DNA of 63,946 nt, the filler included, from Vicugna vicugna (taxonomy: Eukaryota): assembly GCA_013265495.1 (NCBI GenBank). It is 74 parts of 73 records of this genome, joined end to end, with 100 filler letters (N's around TTAATTAATTAA, not from the genome) between each part and the next. Parts side by side here need not be neighbours in the genome. Positions count along the whole stretch, not along the records: positions 1 to 210 come from MU058281.1; positions 311 to 1,048 come from MU058283.1; positions 1,149 to 1,926 come from MU058284.1; positions 2,027 to 3,112 come from MU058286.1; positions 3,213 to 3,892 come from MU058288.1; positions 3,993 to 5,206 come from MU058296.1; positions 5,307 to 7,114 come from MU058298.1; positions 7,215 to 7,990 come from MU058299.1; 66 more parts are not named here. One strand, given 5' to 3'. Shown piece by piece: positions 1 through 11,370 of the stretch (the stretch's first letter is position 1; every line of letters starts with the position of its first letter). Under the pieces are notes generated by a model that saw only the letters and a list, made by a program, of their open reading frames with translations, did not search any database and had not been told where the DNA came from. Both the position numbers and the translations under genes were made by a program.

Positions 1-210
1 CGCTCTGCCGACTGTTGGTGGAACCTCCACACGCTCAGGATTCCGGAAACATTGTCAGTGCGTGGGGGAGCTCGAGAGACAACTCCACGCAGCTCTCTTC
101 AGTCACAGGTTTTCCATGTACGGGAAAGTCTGAGAAATAGCTTCCCTGAACTTGGGGAGGCAGATTCTGTCTCTGGGATATCCTGCAAACCCACCTAGCA
201 TTCCCTGGCA
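1..210 (+). repeat. Satellite A (267-bp GC-rich monomer), partial
   Basis: Contains A landmarks CGCTCAGGATTCCGGAA, GTGCGTGGGGGAGCTCGAGAGACAACTCCACGCAGCTCTCTTCAGTCACAGG. Confidence 0.95.
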
Positions 211-310
211 NNNNNNNNNNNNNNNNNNNNNNNNNNNNNNNNNNNNNNNNNNNNTTAATTAATTAANNNNNNNNNNNNNNNNNNNNNNNNNNNNNNNNNN
301 NNNNNNNNNN
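211..310. other. Artificial 100-bp scaffold-joining linker (N44-TTAATTAATTAA-N44); first of about 73 copies, last one centred at 63374-63385
   Basis: Exactly 44 N on each side of the palindrome TTAATTAATTAA (TAA stop in all six frames); recurs at every abrupt change of sequence type. Confidence 0.98.
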
Positions 311-1048
311 ATTCCTATAGAATCCACGTGCTGCCGACCGTTGATGGAACCTCCCAACGCTCAGAATTCGGGAACCGTTGTCAGTGCGTGGGGGAGCTCG
401 AGAGACAACTCCACGCAGCTCTCTTCAGTCACAGGAGTTCCGTGTTCGGGGAAGTCCGAGAAATATCTTCCCTGACCTTGGGGANNNNNNNNNNNNNNNN
501 NNNNNNNNNNNNNNNNNNNNNNNNNNNNNNNNNNNNNNNNNNNNNNNNNNNNNNNNNNNNNNNNNNNNNNNNNNNNNNNNNNNNNNNNNNNNNNNNNNNN
601 NNNNNNNNNNNNNNNNNNNNNNNNNNNNNNNNNNNNNNNNNNNNNNNNNNNNNNNNNNNNNNNNNNNNNNNNNNNNNNNNNNNNNNNNNNNNNNNNNNNN
701 NNNNNNNNNNNNNNNNNNNNNNNNNNNNNNNNNNNNNNNNNNNNNNNNNNNNNNNNNNNNNNNNNNNNNNNNNNNNNNNNNNNNNNNNNNNNNNNNNNNN
801 NNNNNNNNNNNNNNNNNNNNNNNNNNNNNNNNNNNNNNNNCCCACGCGCTGCCGACCGTTGGTGGAACCTCCCCACGCTCAGGATTCCGGAACCGTTGTC
901 AGTGCGTGGGGGAGCTCGAGAGACAACTCCACGCAGCTCTCTTCAGTCACATGAGTTCCCTGTTATGGGAAGTCAGAGAAATAACTTCCCTGAACTTGGG
1001 GAAGCATCCTAGGTCACTGGGTTATCCTGCAATCACCCCAAGCATTCC
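311..1048 (+). repeat. Satellite A array, gapped
   Basis: Same landmarks on both sides of gap 485-840. Confidence 0.95.
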
Positions 1049-1148
1049 NNNNNNNNNNNNNNNNNNNNNNNNNNNNNNNNNNNNNNNNNNNNTTAATTAA
1101 TTAANNNNNNNNNNNNNNNNNNNNNNNNNNNNNNNNNNNNNNNNNNNN

Positions 1149-1926
1149 CATTCATCTGCGAGGACTGGGTCTCCACAACTCCCCCCCACACAAAGCAGGG
1201 ATCCGGAATCCTGAGTGTGTGGAAGTTCCTCCAACTGCCAGCAGCGCTTGCGTTCAAATAGAATAACTCTGCTTGTATTCCCTGAGTGTTTCCCTAGCCC
1301 GGGCTGCGAGCGAAAGCTGGGGGTTGTGCTTGGAGGCCAAGTAGCAGCTTGTGCAACCGATTGACTGAGGAAGTACTTAGGGAACTCCCCTACCGGGGAA
1401 CACCTGTGTCACCATTCATCTGCGTGGATTGGNNNNNNNNNNNNNNNNNNNNNNNNNNNNNNNNNNNNNNNNNNNNNNNNNNNNNNNNNNNNNNNNNNNN
1501 NNNNNNNNNNNNNNNNNNNNNNNNNNNNNNNNNNNNNNNNNNNNNNNNNNNNNNNNNNNNNNNNNNNNNNNNNNNNNNNNNNNNNNNNNNNNNNNNNNNN
1601 NNNNNNNNNNNNNNNNNNNNNNNNNNNNNNNNNNNNNNNNNNNNNNNNNNNNNNNNNNNNNNNNNNNNNNNNNNNNNNNNNNNCAGGAAAAATGCGTGGA
1701 CTCTGTTTCCACACCACCAGCACACGTGCGAAGAATTGTTCTCGTTTCCTGAGTGTGGGGAGGCTCCTCCAACTAACAGCAGCACCAGGGATCTAGTAGA
1801 ATCCCTTAGCTTGACTTCCTTGAGTGTTCTCGTAGGTTGGGCTTTGAGCGAAGGTGGGGGTTGGGCTGTAAACCAAGTAAAATCCAGTGCCTCTCTAAGG
1901 GCAGTGAAGGTGTTTAAACTACATCA
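1149..1926 (-). repeat. Satellite B (diverged ~266-bp-subunit HOR related to A), gapped
   Basis: Motifs CCGGAATCCTGAGTGTGTGGAAGTTCCTCCAACT and GAGGAAGTACTTAG shared with 7215-7990; strand given relative to A. Confidence 0.9.
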
Positions 1927-2026
1927 NNNNNNNNNNNNNNNNNNNNNNNNNNNNNNNNNNNNNNNNNNNNTTAATTAATTAANNNNNNNNNNNNNNNNNN
2001 NNNNNNNNNNNNNNNNNNNNNNNNNN

Positions 2027-3112
2027 CGTCATGCATGTAGCATGTACGGAACCCGGAATGCCATGTTGATTTTATTCATGTAAATTACATACCTATTAGG
2101 TGTAAATCGCTCCACAAGTATTTTTTTGTGAAAAATGCACGAATTCGAACCTGGTTTTAGGGAAAGCTTGTGAAAATGTGAACACGTGTCTAGATGAAAA
2201 TATTACTTTTATAGAGGAGGAAAGATTAGTAATCCAGATGACCTCAACTCAGGAANNNNNNNNNNNNNNNNNNNNNNNNNNNNNNNNNNNNNNNNNNNNN
2301 NNNNNNNNNNNNNNNNNNNNNNNNNNNNNNNNNNNNNNNNNNNNNNNNNNNNNNNNNNNNNNNNNNNNNNNNNNNNNNNNNNNNNNNNNNNNNNNNNNNN
2401 NNNNNNNNNNNNNNNNNNNNNNNNNNNNNNNNNNNNNNNNNNNNNNNNNNNNNNNNNNNNNNNNNNNNNNNNNNNNNNNNNNNNNNNNNNNNNNNNNNNN
2501 NNNNNNNNNNNNNNNNNNNNNNNNNNNNNNNNNNNNNNNNNNNNNNNNNNNNNNNNNNNNNNNNNNNNNNNNNNNNNNNNNNNNNNNNNNNNNNNNNNNN
2601 NNNNNNNNNNNNNNNNNNNNNNNNNNNNNNNNNNNNNNNNNNNNNNNNNNNNNNNNNNNNNNNNNNNNNNNNNNNNNNNNNNNNNNNNNNNNNNNNNNNN
2701 NNNNNNNNNNNNNNNNNNNNNNNNNNNNNNNNNNNNNNNNNNNNNNNNNNNNNNNNNNNNNNNNNNNNNNNNNNNNNNNNNNNNNNNNNNNNNNNNNNNN
2801 NNNNNNNNNNNNNNNNNNNNNNNNNNNNNNNNNNNNNNNNNNNNNNNNNNNNNNNNNNNNNNNNNNNNNNNNNNNNNNNNNNNNNNNNNNNNNNNNNNNN
2901 NNNNNNNNNNNNNNNNNNNNNNNNNNNNNNNNNNNNNNNNNNNNNNNNNNNNNNNNNNNNNNNNNNNNNNNNNNNNNNNNNNNNNNNNNNNNNGGAATGC
3001 ATGCATATCCGTCATATATGTAGCATGTAAGAAACACGGACTATCATGTAGATGGAATCCATTCAAATTAGATATCTCTAGGGAAGTATTCGCTCCAAGA
3101 GGGTTTTTGTGG
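2027..3112 (+). repeat. Satellite C (AT-rich trimeric HOR), gapped
   Basis: Matches 21060-21410 (AACCCGGAATGCCATGTTGAT, AATTACATACCTATTAGG). Confidence 0.92.
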
Positions 3113-3212
3113 NNNNNNNNNNNNNNNNNNNNNNNNNNNNNNNNNNNNNNNNNNNNTTAATTAATTAANNNNNNNNNNNNNNNNNNNNNNNNNNNNNNNN
3201 NNNNNNNNNNNN

Positions 3213-3547
3213 GTAGCTTTTTAGTACCCTTTAAAGTGAGTCCTCCAACTTTGCTCTCCTTTTTCAAAGTTGTTTTGACTGTCCTGGGCCCCTTGCACTT
3301 CCATATGAATTTTGAGATCAGTTTTTCAATTTTTGCAAAGAAGTCAGCTGGAATTTTGATAGGGATTCCACTGAATATGTAGATCACTTTGGGGAGTCTT
3401 AACATTTTAATAATATTGTCTATCATTCCATGAAAATGGGATGTCTTCCATATATGTAAATCTTTTAAAACTTATTTTGGTGATACTTCAAATTTTCAAT
3501 GTACAAATCTTGTAAATTTTTGTTAAATGTATCTCTCATTTTTTTTA
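3213..3547 (-). mobile_element. Old LINE-1 ORF2 fragment (post-RT region)
   Basis: Minus-strand translation [50 protein letters not shown] matches the conserved L1 ORF2 segment LPK.IYRFNAIPIK.P..FF.ELEK...KFIW..K.PRIAK..L.KKNK.GG.TL. Confidence 0.92.
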
Positions 3548-3992
3548 NNNNNNNNNNNNNNNNNNNNNNNNNNNNNNNNNNNNNNNNNNNNNNNNNNNNN
3601 NNNNNNNNNNNNNNNNNNNNNNNNNNNNNNNNNNNNNNNNNNNNNNNNNNNNNNNNNNNNNNNNNNNNNNNNNNNNNNNNNNNNNNNNNNTGTTATAAGA
3701 AACCAAGACCCAAGTTAAGCTACCTGAACCCCTATGTGGAAGTGAGAAATGAGATCCTTGGGTGGGGCTTTGTTCAGATGATACTTAGAGCTTATTCAGG
3801 ATGGCTTCTTCTTAATTCTTTTTAAACAACCCTTTCGGTGTATTTACACAGATACATTAAGAACATGCCCTTTTGATGTTCAGAGGAGCTAANNNNNNNN
3901 NNNNNNNNNNNNNNNNNNNNNNNNNNNNNNNNNNNNTTAATTAATTAANNNNNNNNNNNNNNNNNNNNNNNNNNNNNNNNNNNNNNNNNNNN

Positions 3993-5206
3993 CTTCCCTG
4001 ACCTTGGGGAGGCAGCCTCTGCCACTGGGATATTCTGTAAAACCCTTAGCATTCCCTGGCACCGAGAAACCAGGAAAACCCTCAGGGGAGACGAGCTTAG
4101 GCATTCCGTTAGAACCCACGCGCTGCCGACCGTTGGTGGAACCTCCCCACGCTCAGGATTCCGGAACAATTGTCAGTGCGTGGGGGAGCTCGAGANNNNN
4201 NNNNNNNNNNNNNNNNNNNNNNNNNNNNNNNNNNNNNNNNNNNNNNNNNNNNNNNNNNNNNNNNNNNNNNNNNNNNNNNNNNNNNNNNNNNNNNNNNNNN
4301 NNNNNNNNNNNNNNNNNNNNNNNNNNNNNNNNNNNNNNNNNNNNNNNNNNNNNNNNNNNNNNNNNNNNNNNNNNNNNNNNNNNNNNNNNNNNNNNNNNNN
4401 NNNNNNNNNNNNNNNNNNNNNNNNNNNNNNNNNNNNNNNNNNNNNNNNNNNNNNNNNNNNNNNNNNNNNNNNNNNNNNNNNNNNNNNNNNNNNNNNNNNN
4501 NNNNNNNNNNNNNNNNNNNNNNNNNNNNNNNNNNNNNNNNNNNNNNNNNNNNNNNNNNNNNNNNNNNNNNNNNNNNNNNNNNNNNNNNNNNNNNNNNNNN
4601 NNNNNNNNNNNNNNNNNNNNNNNNNNNNNNNNNNNNNNNNNNNNNNNNNNNNNNNNNNNNNNNNNNNNNNNNNNNNNNNNNNNNNNNNNNNNNNNNNNNN
4701 NNNNNNNNNNNNNNNNNNNNNNNNNNNNNNNNNNNNNNNNNNNNNNTCCTGTTCGGTGAAGTCCGGGAAATACCTTCCCTGAAGTTGGGGAGGCAGCCTC
4801 GGTCACTGGGATATCCTGCAATCACCCCTAGCATTTCCTGGCACAGATACATTAGGAAAACCCTCGGGGGAGGCGAGCTTAGTCATTCCGTTATAACCAA
4901 CGCGCTGCCGACTGTTGGTGGAACCTCCACACGCTCAGGATTCCGGAACCATTGTCAGTGCGTGGGGGAGCTCGAGAGACATCTCCATGCAGCTCTCTTC
5001 ATTCACAGGATTTTCCTGTTCGGTGAAGTCCGGGAAATACCTTCCCTGAAGTTGGGGAGGCAGCCTCGGTCACTGGGATATCCTGCAATCACCCCTAGCA
5101 TTTCCTGGCACAGATACATTAGGAAAACCCTCGGGGGAGGCGAGCTTAGTCATTCCGTTATAACCAACGCGCTGCCGACTGTTGGTGGAACCTCCACACG
5201 CTCAGG
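3993..5206 (+). repeat. Satellite A array, gapped; period 267 bp
   Basis: TCCTGTTCGGTGAAGTCC starts at 4747 and 5014 (difference 267). Confidence 0.97.
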
Positions 5207-5306
5207 NNNNNNNNNNNNNNNNNNNNNNNNNNNNNNNNNNNNNNNNNNNNTTAATTAATTAANNNNNNNNNNNNNNNNNNNNNNNNNNNNNNNNNNNNNN
5301 NNNNNN

Positions 5307-7114
5307 TGCCCCCATAAAGATGAGTGGACTCTGTTTCCCCCCTGCAGCACAGACACGTACACGTGGTCAGGTATCTTGATTGTGGGGAGGCTTCTCCAAA
5401 TGACAGCAGCGCCTGGATTCTAATAGAATCCCTTAGAATGTTTTCCTTGAGTGTTTCCCTAGGCCGGGCTTAGAGGGAAAGCTGGGAGTTTGGCTTGGAG
5501 GCCAAGTAGCAGCTACTGCCCCCCGATGGAATGTTGCAGTATTTAGAGGACTTCTCCCTAATGGGGAACAAGTGTGACCCCATTCATCTACTTGGATTTT
5601 GGCTCCACATCTCCCCGCCACAAATTGTTGGGTTCCNNNNNNNNNNNNNNNNNNNNNNNNNNNNNNNNNNNNNNNNNNNNNNNNNNNNNNNNNNNNNNNN
5701 NNNNNNNNNNNNNNNNNNNNNNNNNNNNNNNNNNNNNNNNNNNNNNNNNNNNNNNNNNNNNNNNNNNNNNNNNNNNNNNNNNNNNNNNNNNNNNNNNNNN
5801 NNNNNNNNNNNNNNNNNNNNNNNNNNNNNNNNNNNNNNNNNNNNNNNNNNNNNNNNNNNNNNNNNNNNNNNNNNNNNNNNNNNNNNNNNNNNNNNNNNNN
5901 NNNNNNNNNNNNNNNNNNNNNNNNNNNNNNNNNNNNNNNNNNNNNNNNNNNNNNNNNNNNNNNNNNNNNNNNNNNNNNNNNNNNNNNNNNNNNNNNNNNN
6001 NNNNNNNNNNNNNNNNNNNNNNNNNNNNNNNNNNNNNNNNNNNNNNNNNNNNNNNNNNNNNNNNNNNNNNNNNNNNNNNNNNNNNNNNNNNNNNNNNNNN
6101 NNNNNNNNNNNNNNNNNNNNNNNNNNNNNNNNNNNNNNNNNNNNNNNNNNNNNNNNNNNNNNNNNNNNNNNNNNNNNNNNNNNNNNNNNNNNNNNNNNNN
6201 NNNNNNNNNNNNNNNNNNNNNNNNNNNNNNNNNNNNNNNNNNCCCTGGTCCGGGATGTGAGGGAAAGCTGGGGGTTGGGCTTGGAGTCCAAGTAGCAGTG
6301 TGTGCCCCCTGATCGATTGAGGAAGTACTTAGAGGACTTCTCACTAAAGGGAACCCTTTTGACCCATTTATCTGGGTGGAGTGGGGCTGCACATCTCCCA
6401 CACACACAAGAATGTGTTCCGGAATCCTGAGTGCAGAGAAGTTCCTCCAACTGACAGCAGCGCCTGGGTTCTAACTGAATCCCTTTGCTTGTCTTCCCTG
6501 ATGGTATGCCAAGGCGGGAGTGCGGGGGAAAGTGTGGTTTGGGATCCAAACNNNNNNNNNNNNNNNNNNNNNNNNNNNNNNNNNNNNNNNNNNNNNNNNN
6601 NNNNNNNNNNNNNNNNNNNNNNNNNNNNNNNNNNNNNNNNNNNNNNNNNNNNNNNNNNNNNNNNNNNNNNNNNNNNNNNNNNNNNNNNNNNNNNNNNNNN
6701 NNNNNNNNNNNNNNNNNNNNNNNNNNNNNNNNNNNNNNNNNNNNNNNNNNNNNNNNNNNNNNNNNNNNNNNNNNNNNNNNNNNNNNNNNNNNNNNNNNNN
6801 NNNNNNNNNNNNNNNNNNNNNNNNNNNNNNNNNNNNNNNNNNNNNNNNTGGAGGTTATTAACCAAAAACCCACAACCTGGGAACACCTGTGCTCCTTGAA
6901 AAATGCGTGGACTCTCTTTCCCCACCTCCAGCACACACATGAAGAACTGTTCTGGTATCCTGAGTGTGGGGAGGCACCTCCAACTGACAGCAGCATCTGG
7001 GATCTAATAGGATCCCTTAGGTTGACTTCCCTGTGTGTTTTCTAACGACCGGATGGGAGCGAAGGTGGCGGTTGGGCTCTAAAGCCAAGTAATAGCGAGT
7101 GCATCTCTATGGGC
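5307..7114 (-). repeat. Satellite B array, gapped
   Basis: Repeated TGACAGCAGC(G/A)(C/T)CTGG..TCTAA and variant subunits matching 1149-1926, 7215-7990 and 28926-29452. Confidence 0.92.
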
Positions 7115-7214
7115 NNNNNNNNNNNNNNNNNNNNNNNNNNNNNNNNNNNNNNNNNNNNTTAATTAATTAANNNNNNNNNNNNNNNNNNNNNNNNNNNNNN
7201 NNNNNNNNNNNNNN

Positions 7215-7990
7215 TGACAGCAGCGCCTGGGTTCTAATAGAATCCCTTAGCTTGTCTTACCTGATGGCATGCCTAGGCTGGAGAGTGGGGGAAAGTGGGG
7301 GTTGGGTTTGAAGTCCAAGTAGCAACGAGTGCCCCCCGATTTACTGAGGAAGTACTTAGAGGATTTCACGCTAATGTGGAACAACTGTGCCCCCATTCAT
7401 CTGTGTGGACTGGGTATCCACACCTCCCCCACACACAAGGCTGGGATCCGGAATCCTGAGTGTGTGGAAGTTCCTCCAACTGACAGCAGCGCCTGTGTTC
7501 TAATAGAATCACTCAGCTTGACTTCCCTAAGTTTTTTCCAAGACCTAGCAGTGAGCGTTGGTGGGGAATGGGCTCTAAAGCCAAGAATAAGCGAGTGCAT
7601 CTCTGTGGGCAGTGGAGGATTTGAAACTTCTTCCCAACCTTGGAACACATGTGCCCCCATAAAGATGCGTGGACTCTGATTCCCCAACTCCAGCACACAC
7701 ACGAAGATGTGTTCTGGTATTCTGAGTGTGGGGAAGTTCCTCAAACTGACAGCAGCACCTGGATTCTTTTAGTATACCTTAGCTTCTGTTCCCTGAGTGT
7801 TCCTTTAGGCAAGGACATGAGGGAAAGCTGGGGGTTGGGCTTGGAGTCCACGTAGCAGTGAGTGCCCCCTGATCCATTGAGGAAGTACTTAGAGGACTTC
7901 TCCCGAAATGGAACACCTTTTCCTCCATTCATCTGGGTGCAGTGTAGCTGCACATCTCTCCCACACCTAAGAATGTGTTCTGGAATTCTG
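7215..7990 (-). repeat. Satellite B array; 266-bp subunits
   Basis: TGACAGCAGC at 7215, 7481, 7747 (266-bp steps); GAGGAAGTACTTAGAGGA at 7346 and 7879 (533 bp). Confidence 0.95.
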
Positions 7991-8090
7991 NNNNNNNNNN
8001 NNNNNNNNNNNNNNNNNNNNNNNNNNNNNNNNNNTTAATTAATTAANNNNNNNNNNNNNNNNNNNNNNNNNNNNNNNNNNNNNNNNNNNN

Positions 8091-8293
8091 TAATCCCATA
8101 TTCATGGAGCAGAAGGCTTCATTCTACTAAGATGAGAATAGTCCACGAGTAGATCTAAGGATTCAAAGAATGCCTAACCCAAATCCCAGGTGGTGTTTTG
8201 CAGGTATTGACAATCATTCTAAAATTCACGTGGAAATTCCAGGGGCTCAGAATACATGAGTGAATCTTGACAAAGAAGAACAAAGTTCGAGGA
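8091..8293 (+). mobile_element. Degenerate LINE-1 ORF2 fragment
   Basis: ATCCCATATTCATGG...ATTCTAAAATTCACGTGGAAATT...TCTTGACAAAGAAGAACAAAGTT resembles the old-L1 IPCSWIGR...LKFIW...KKNKVGG region. Confidence 0.7.
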
Positions 8294-8399
8294 ATGGTAA
8301 GTCAGATGGAACCCACGGTTAATACAAAAGCACTTTAAGCTGAAGAAACCACCTGCGATTCAATACATGGAGAAGAAAACCTATCATGAAAACCAATTC

Positions 8400-8892
8400 T
8401 CTCCTCTCCCTTTATCCTATTAAGTTCAGTTGGTAAAAAAGCCTTTAACTTTCATGATTTAACATGGTAGTTACTTTTCTGGTTGGCTCCTGCGTGTGTA
8501 TAAATAAACCATTTCTCTCGTTCATCTCCTCTTTGCTTCTGTGGGCTCTTTGGGAGGGACTCTGGATTATGGGGACCTGCTCTTTTCTCACCTTCTTTAG
8601 TGGCATCTTTTGTCCATGGTGAAGTGCTTAAAAAAAGAAAAGGCTCATTGGTTTTGGGTCAGATTTGGAACATGTTTACCTTTGGAGACCCCCTGGGGGA
8701 ACAAGGGTGTTCAATACTGCTGTGAGAATTTACTTGTCCAAATGCCTAAGAAGACGCTATTTGCAAGGTTTTTCTTTTTTTTAAAGATTCTTACACTAAA
8801 ACAAATAGCCTATCTAAACCTCTTGGATGATTAAATACAAAGAAAATGAAGAATCATGTCTGGCCTAAGAACTCTTTCTTAACAAAATGGAA
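8400..8892 (+). mobile_element. Possible ERV1 LTR 3' part plus internal leader/gag remnant
   Basis: AATAAACCATTTCTCTCGTTCATCT resembles an LTR R/U5 end, followed by a degenerate stretch (CCTTTGGAGACCCCCTGGGG) typical of ERV1 internal starts; recognition by eye only. Confidence 0.35.
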
Positions 8893-9049
8893 NNNNNNNN
8901 NNNNNNNNNNNNNNNNNNNNNNNNNNNNNNNNNNNNTTAATTAATTAANNNNNNNNNNNNNNNNNNNNNNNNNNNNNNNNNNNNNNNNNNNNGGACTTGC
9001 ATGGGACTCATGTACATCCTCCCATCTACTTTTTTAATATATATACAAA

Positions 9050-9170
9050 CTTTTTTTTATTGAGTTATAGTCATTTTTCAAAGTTGTATCAAATTCCAGC
9101 ATACAGCACAAGTTTTCAGTTATACATGAATATACACATATATTTGTTGTCACTTTCTCTTTCTCTGTGC
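9050..9170 (-). mobile_element. Short L1 3' end (antisense) inserted beside a MER2
   Basis: T-run then ATTGAGTTATAGTCATTTT..GTTGTATCAAATTCCAG..TACAGCACAA..TTTTCAGTTATACATG, the reverse complement of a cetartiodactyl-type L1 tail. Confidence 0.7.
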
Positions 9171-9172
9171 TC

Positions 9173-9360
9173 CTCTGTACTTTATTTAAATTATCTCTAG
9201 ATTACTCATGGTATCTAATACAACGTGAATGCTATGTAAGTAGTTGCCAGTGTATGGCAAATTCAAGTGTTGCTTTTTGAAACTTTCTGTATTTTCCCGA
9301 ATATTTTCAATCCACTGTTAGTTGAATCTGCTGGATATGGAGCCCCTAGATACGGAGAAT
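9173..9360 (+). mobile_element. MER2/MER2B-type Tigger-derived DNA transposon fragment
   Basis: ATCTCTAGATTACT..TAATACAA..AATGCTATGTAA.TAGTTG..GGCAAATTCAAG..GAATATTTTCAATCCAC..TTAGTTGAATC..GATACGGAG follows the MER2 3' half. Confidence 0.8.
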
Positions 9361-10415
9361 CCCCAAGCTCCTCCTTCCCACATCCTATATTTTCACTGCA
9401 AGCACTGAAGGGGTCCAAACTTAGAAGAGACCTATCTACCTGCTGGAAACCCTGAGGAATTCCGTCAGCGTATGTAGCGCAGGAGAGAAGGCTTAGGGCC
9501 AACTAGTGGGAAAGGAGGGCCTGCCTGGAGAGGATGGATGAAGGACAGTAGTGGAAGCCATCACGTACTCTTACTGGAACTAGCTGATAGCAGTGAGGGA
9601 CGCCAAGGAACTGGGTACACGTCACGTGTGGGGCGATACTGGCCACCAGGTGCAGGGTTCACATAGCTGGGACCCAGTTTGCAAGATCAAAATAACAAGG
9701 AGGCAAAGGGGCTGCCTCAGTCCCAGGATCCTGACAACTGCCATAGCGCCGTGACCCCAGCTAATGCGGTTCCCCTAGTAAGCCAGAAANNNNNNNNNNN
9801 NNNNNNNNNNNNNNNNNNNNNNNNNNNNNNNNNTTAATTAATTAANNNNNNNNNNNNNNNNNNNNNNNNNNNNNNNNNNNNNNNNNNNNGCAGGACTACC
9901 GTGCAGGGCTGGGGCGGATATTGGCAGGAGTCACAGTGAGGGAGTCAACTGAGAAGACTCCCCATTGCAAGCAGCTCAGCCAATTCTCCTCCCTCATCCT
10001 GTATTGTTAGAGCAATGTTTCTAGGTTACTGTTATTTCAAGTAATAGCACTTTAACTGCACATCTGATCATCTCCATCAGACCGCATTAACTCCAACCCA
10101 CAGAAAATCATTCACTAATCGGAGTAGCTCCAGGACATAACGGTGATGGATCAGGGAGTCCTGCAGCATTCCAGGCTGCAGGCACAAACCCCACATGTGC
10201 CCTGGTGATGTCCAGAAAATAAAATGCATGGAAATATCTCACTGCTGGTACACGATATCTAATCTGCCCGAAAATTGCCCCAAAATCATGCTGGCAAAGC
10301 ACTACTCAACCCTCTNNNNNNNNNNNNNNNNNNNNNNNNNNNNNNNNNNNNNNNNNNNNTTAATTAATTAANNNNNNNNNNNNNNNNNNNNNNNNNNNNN
10401 NNNNNNNNNNNNNNN

Positions 10416-11224
10416 TACTGAATATAGAATTTAGAATATAGAATGTAGAACACAATATATTGAATATAGAATAAGGAATACTGAATATAGTATTTAGATA
10501 ATAGAATATAGGACACAGAATATAGAATGTAGAAAACGGAATTGAAAATATAGAATACAGAATATAGAATGTAGAACACAGAATGTAGAATATGGAAAAC
10601 AGAATACAGAACCGAGAATATAGAATATGGAATGCAGAACACAGAATTTAGAATATAGAAAACAGAATACTGAATATAGAATTTCGAATANNNNNNNNNN
10701 NNNNNNNNNNNNNNNNNNNNNNNNNNNNNNNNNNNNNNNNNNNNNNNNNNNNNNNNNNNNNNNNNNNNNNNNNNNNNNNNNNNNNNNNNNNNNNNNNNNN
10801 NNNNNNNNNNNNNNNNNNNNNCAGAACACAGAGAATATAGAATACAGAATACTGAATAGAGAATTATAATATAGAATGTAGCACACAGAATATATCATAT
10901 ACAATACGGAATGCGGAATATAGAATATAGAATGATGAAAACAAAATATAGAATATGGGAAACAGAATACAGAACCCAAAATTTGGAACAAGGAATGCAG
11001 AACACACAATTTAGAGTATATACTACGGAATACTGAATATAAAATTTTGAATATAGAATGTAGAACTCAGAATATAGATATAGGATACAGAATGTAGAAT
11101 ATAGAATAAAGAATATAGAATGTAGAATCCAAAATATAGAATATGGGAAACAGAATACAGAACCCAAAATTTGGAACAAGGAATGCAGAACACACAATTT
11201 AGAGTATATACTACGGAATACTGA
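10416..11224 (+). repeat. Satellite E (7-bp unit AGAATAT/AGAATAC/AGAACAC/AGAATTT/GGAATGC)
   Basis: Continuous heptamer variants; an ~84-bp block recurs at 10953 and 11141. Confidence 0.95.
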
Positions 11225-11370
11225 NNNNNNNNNNNNNNNNNNNNNNNNNNNNNNNNNNNNNNNNNNNNTTAATTAATTAANNNNNNNNNNNNNNNNNNNN
11301 NNNNNNNNNNNNNNNNNNNNNNNNCTTAATTCAATATGGTATTGTCAAAGTATAAAAATAATTGTCTTTC

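Noticed and set aside
7660..7700. Possible deeper homology between the A/B and C/D superfamilies (TGCGTGGA...CCAGCAC versus TGTGGA...CCAGCAC)
   Set aside because: Only two short words match and monomer lengths differ; needs profile alignment before any claim.
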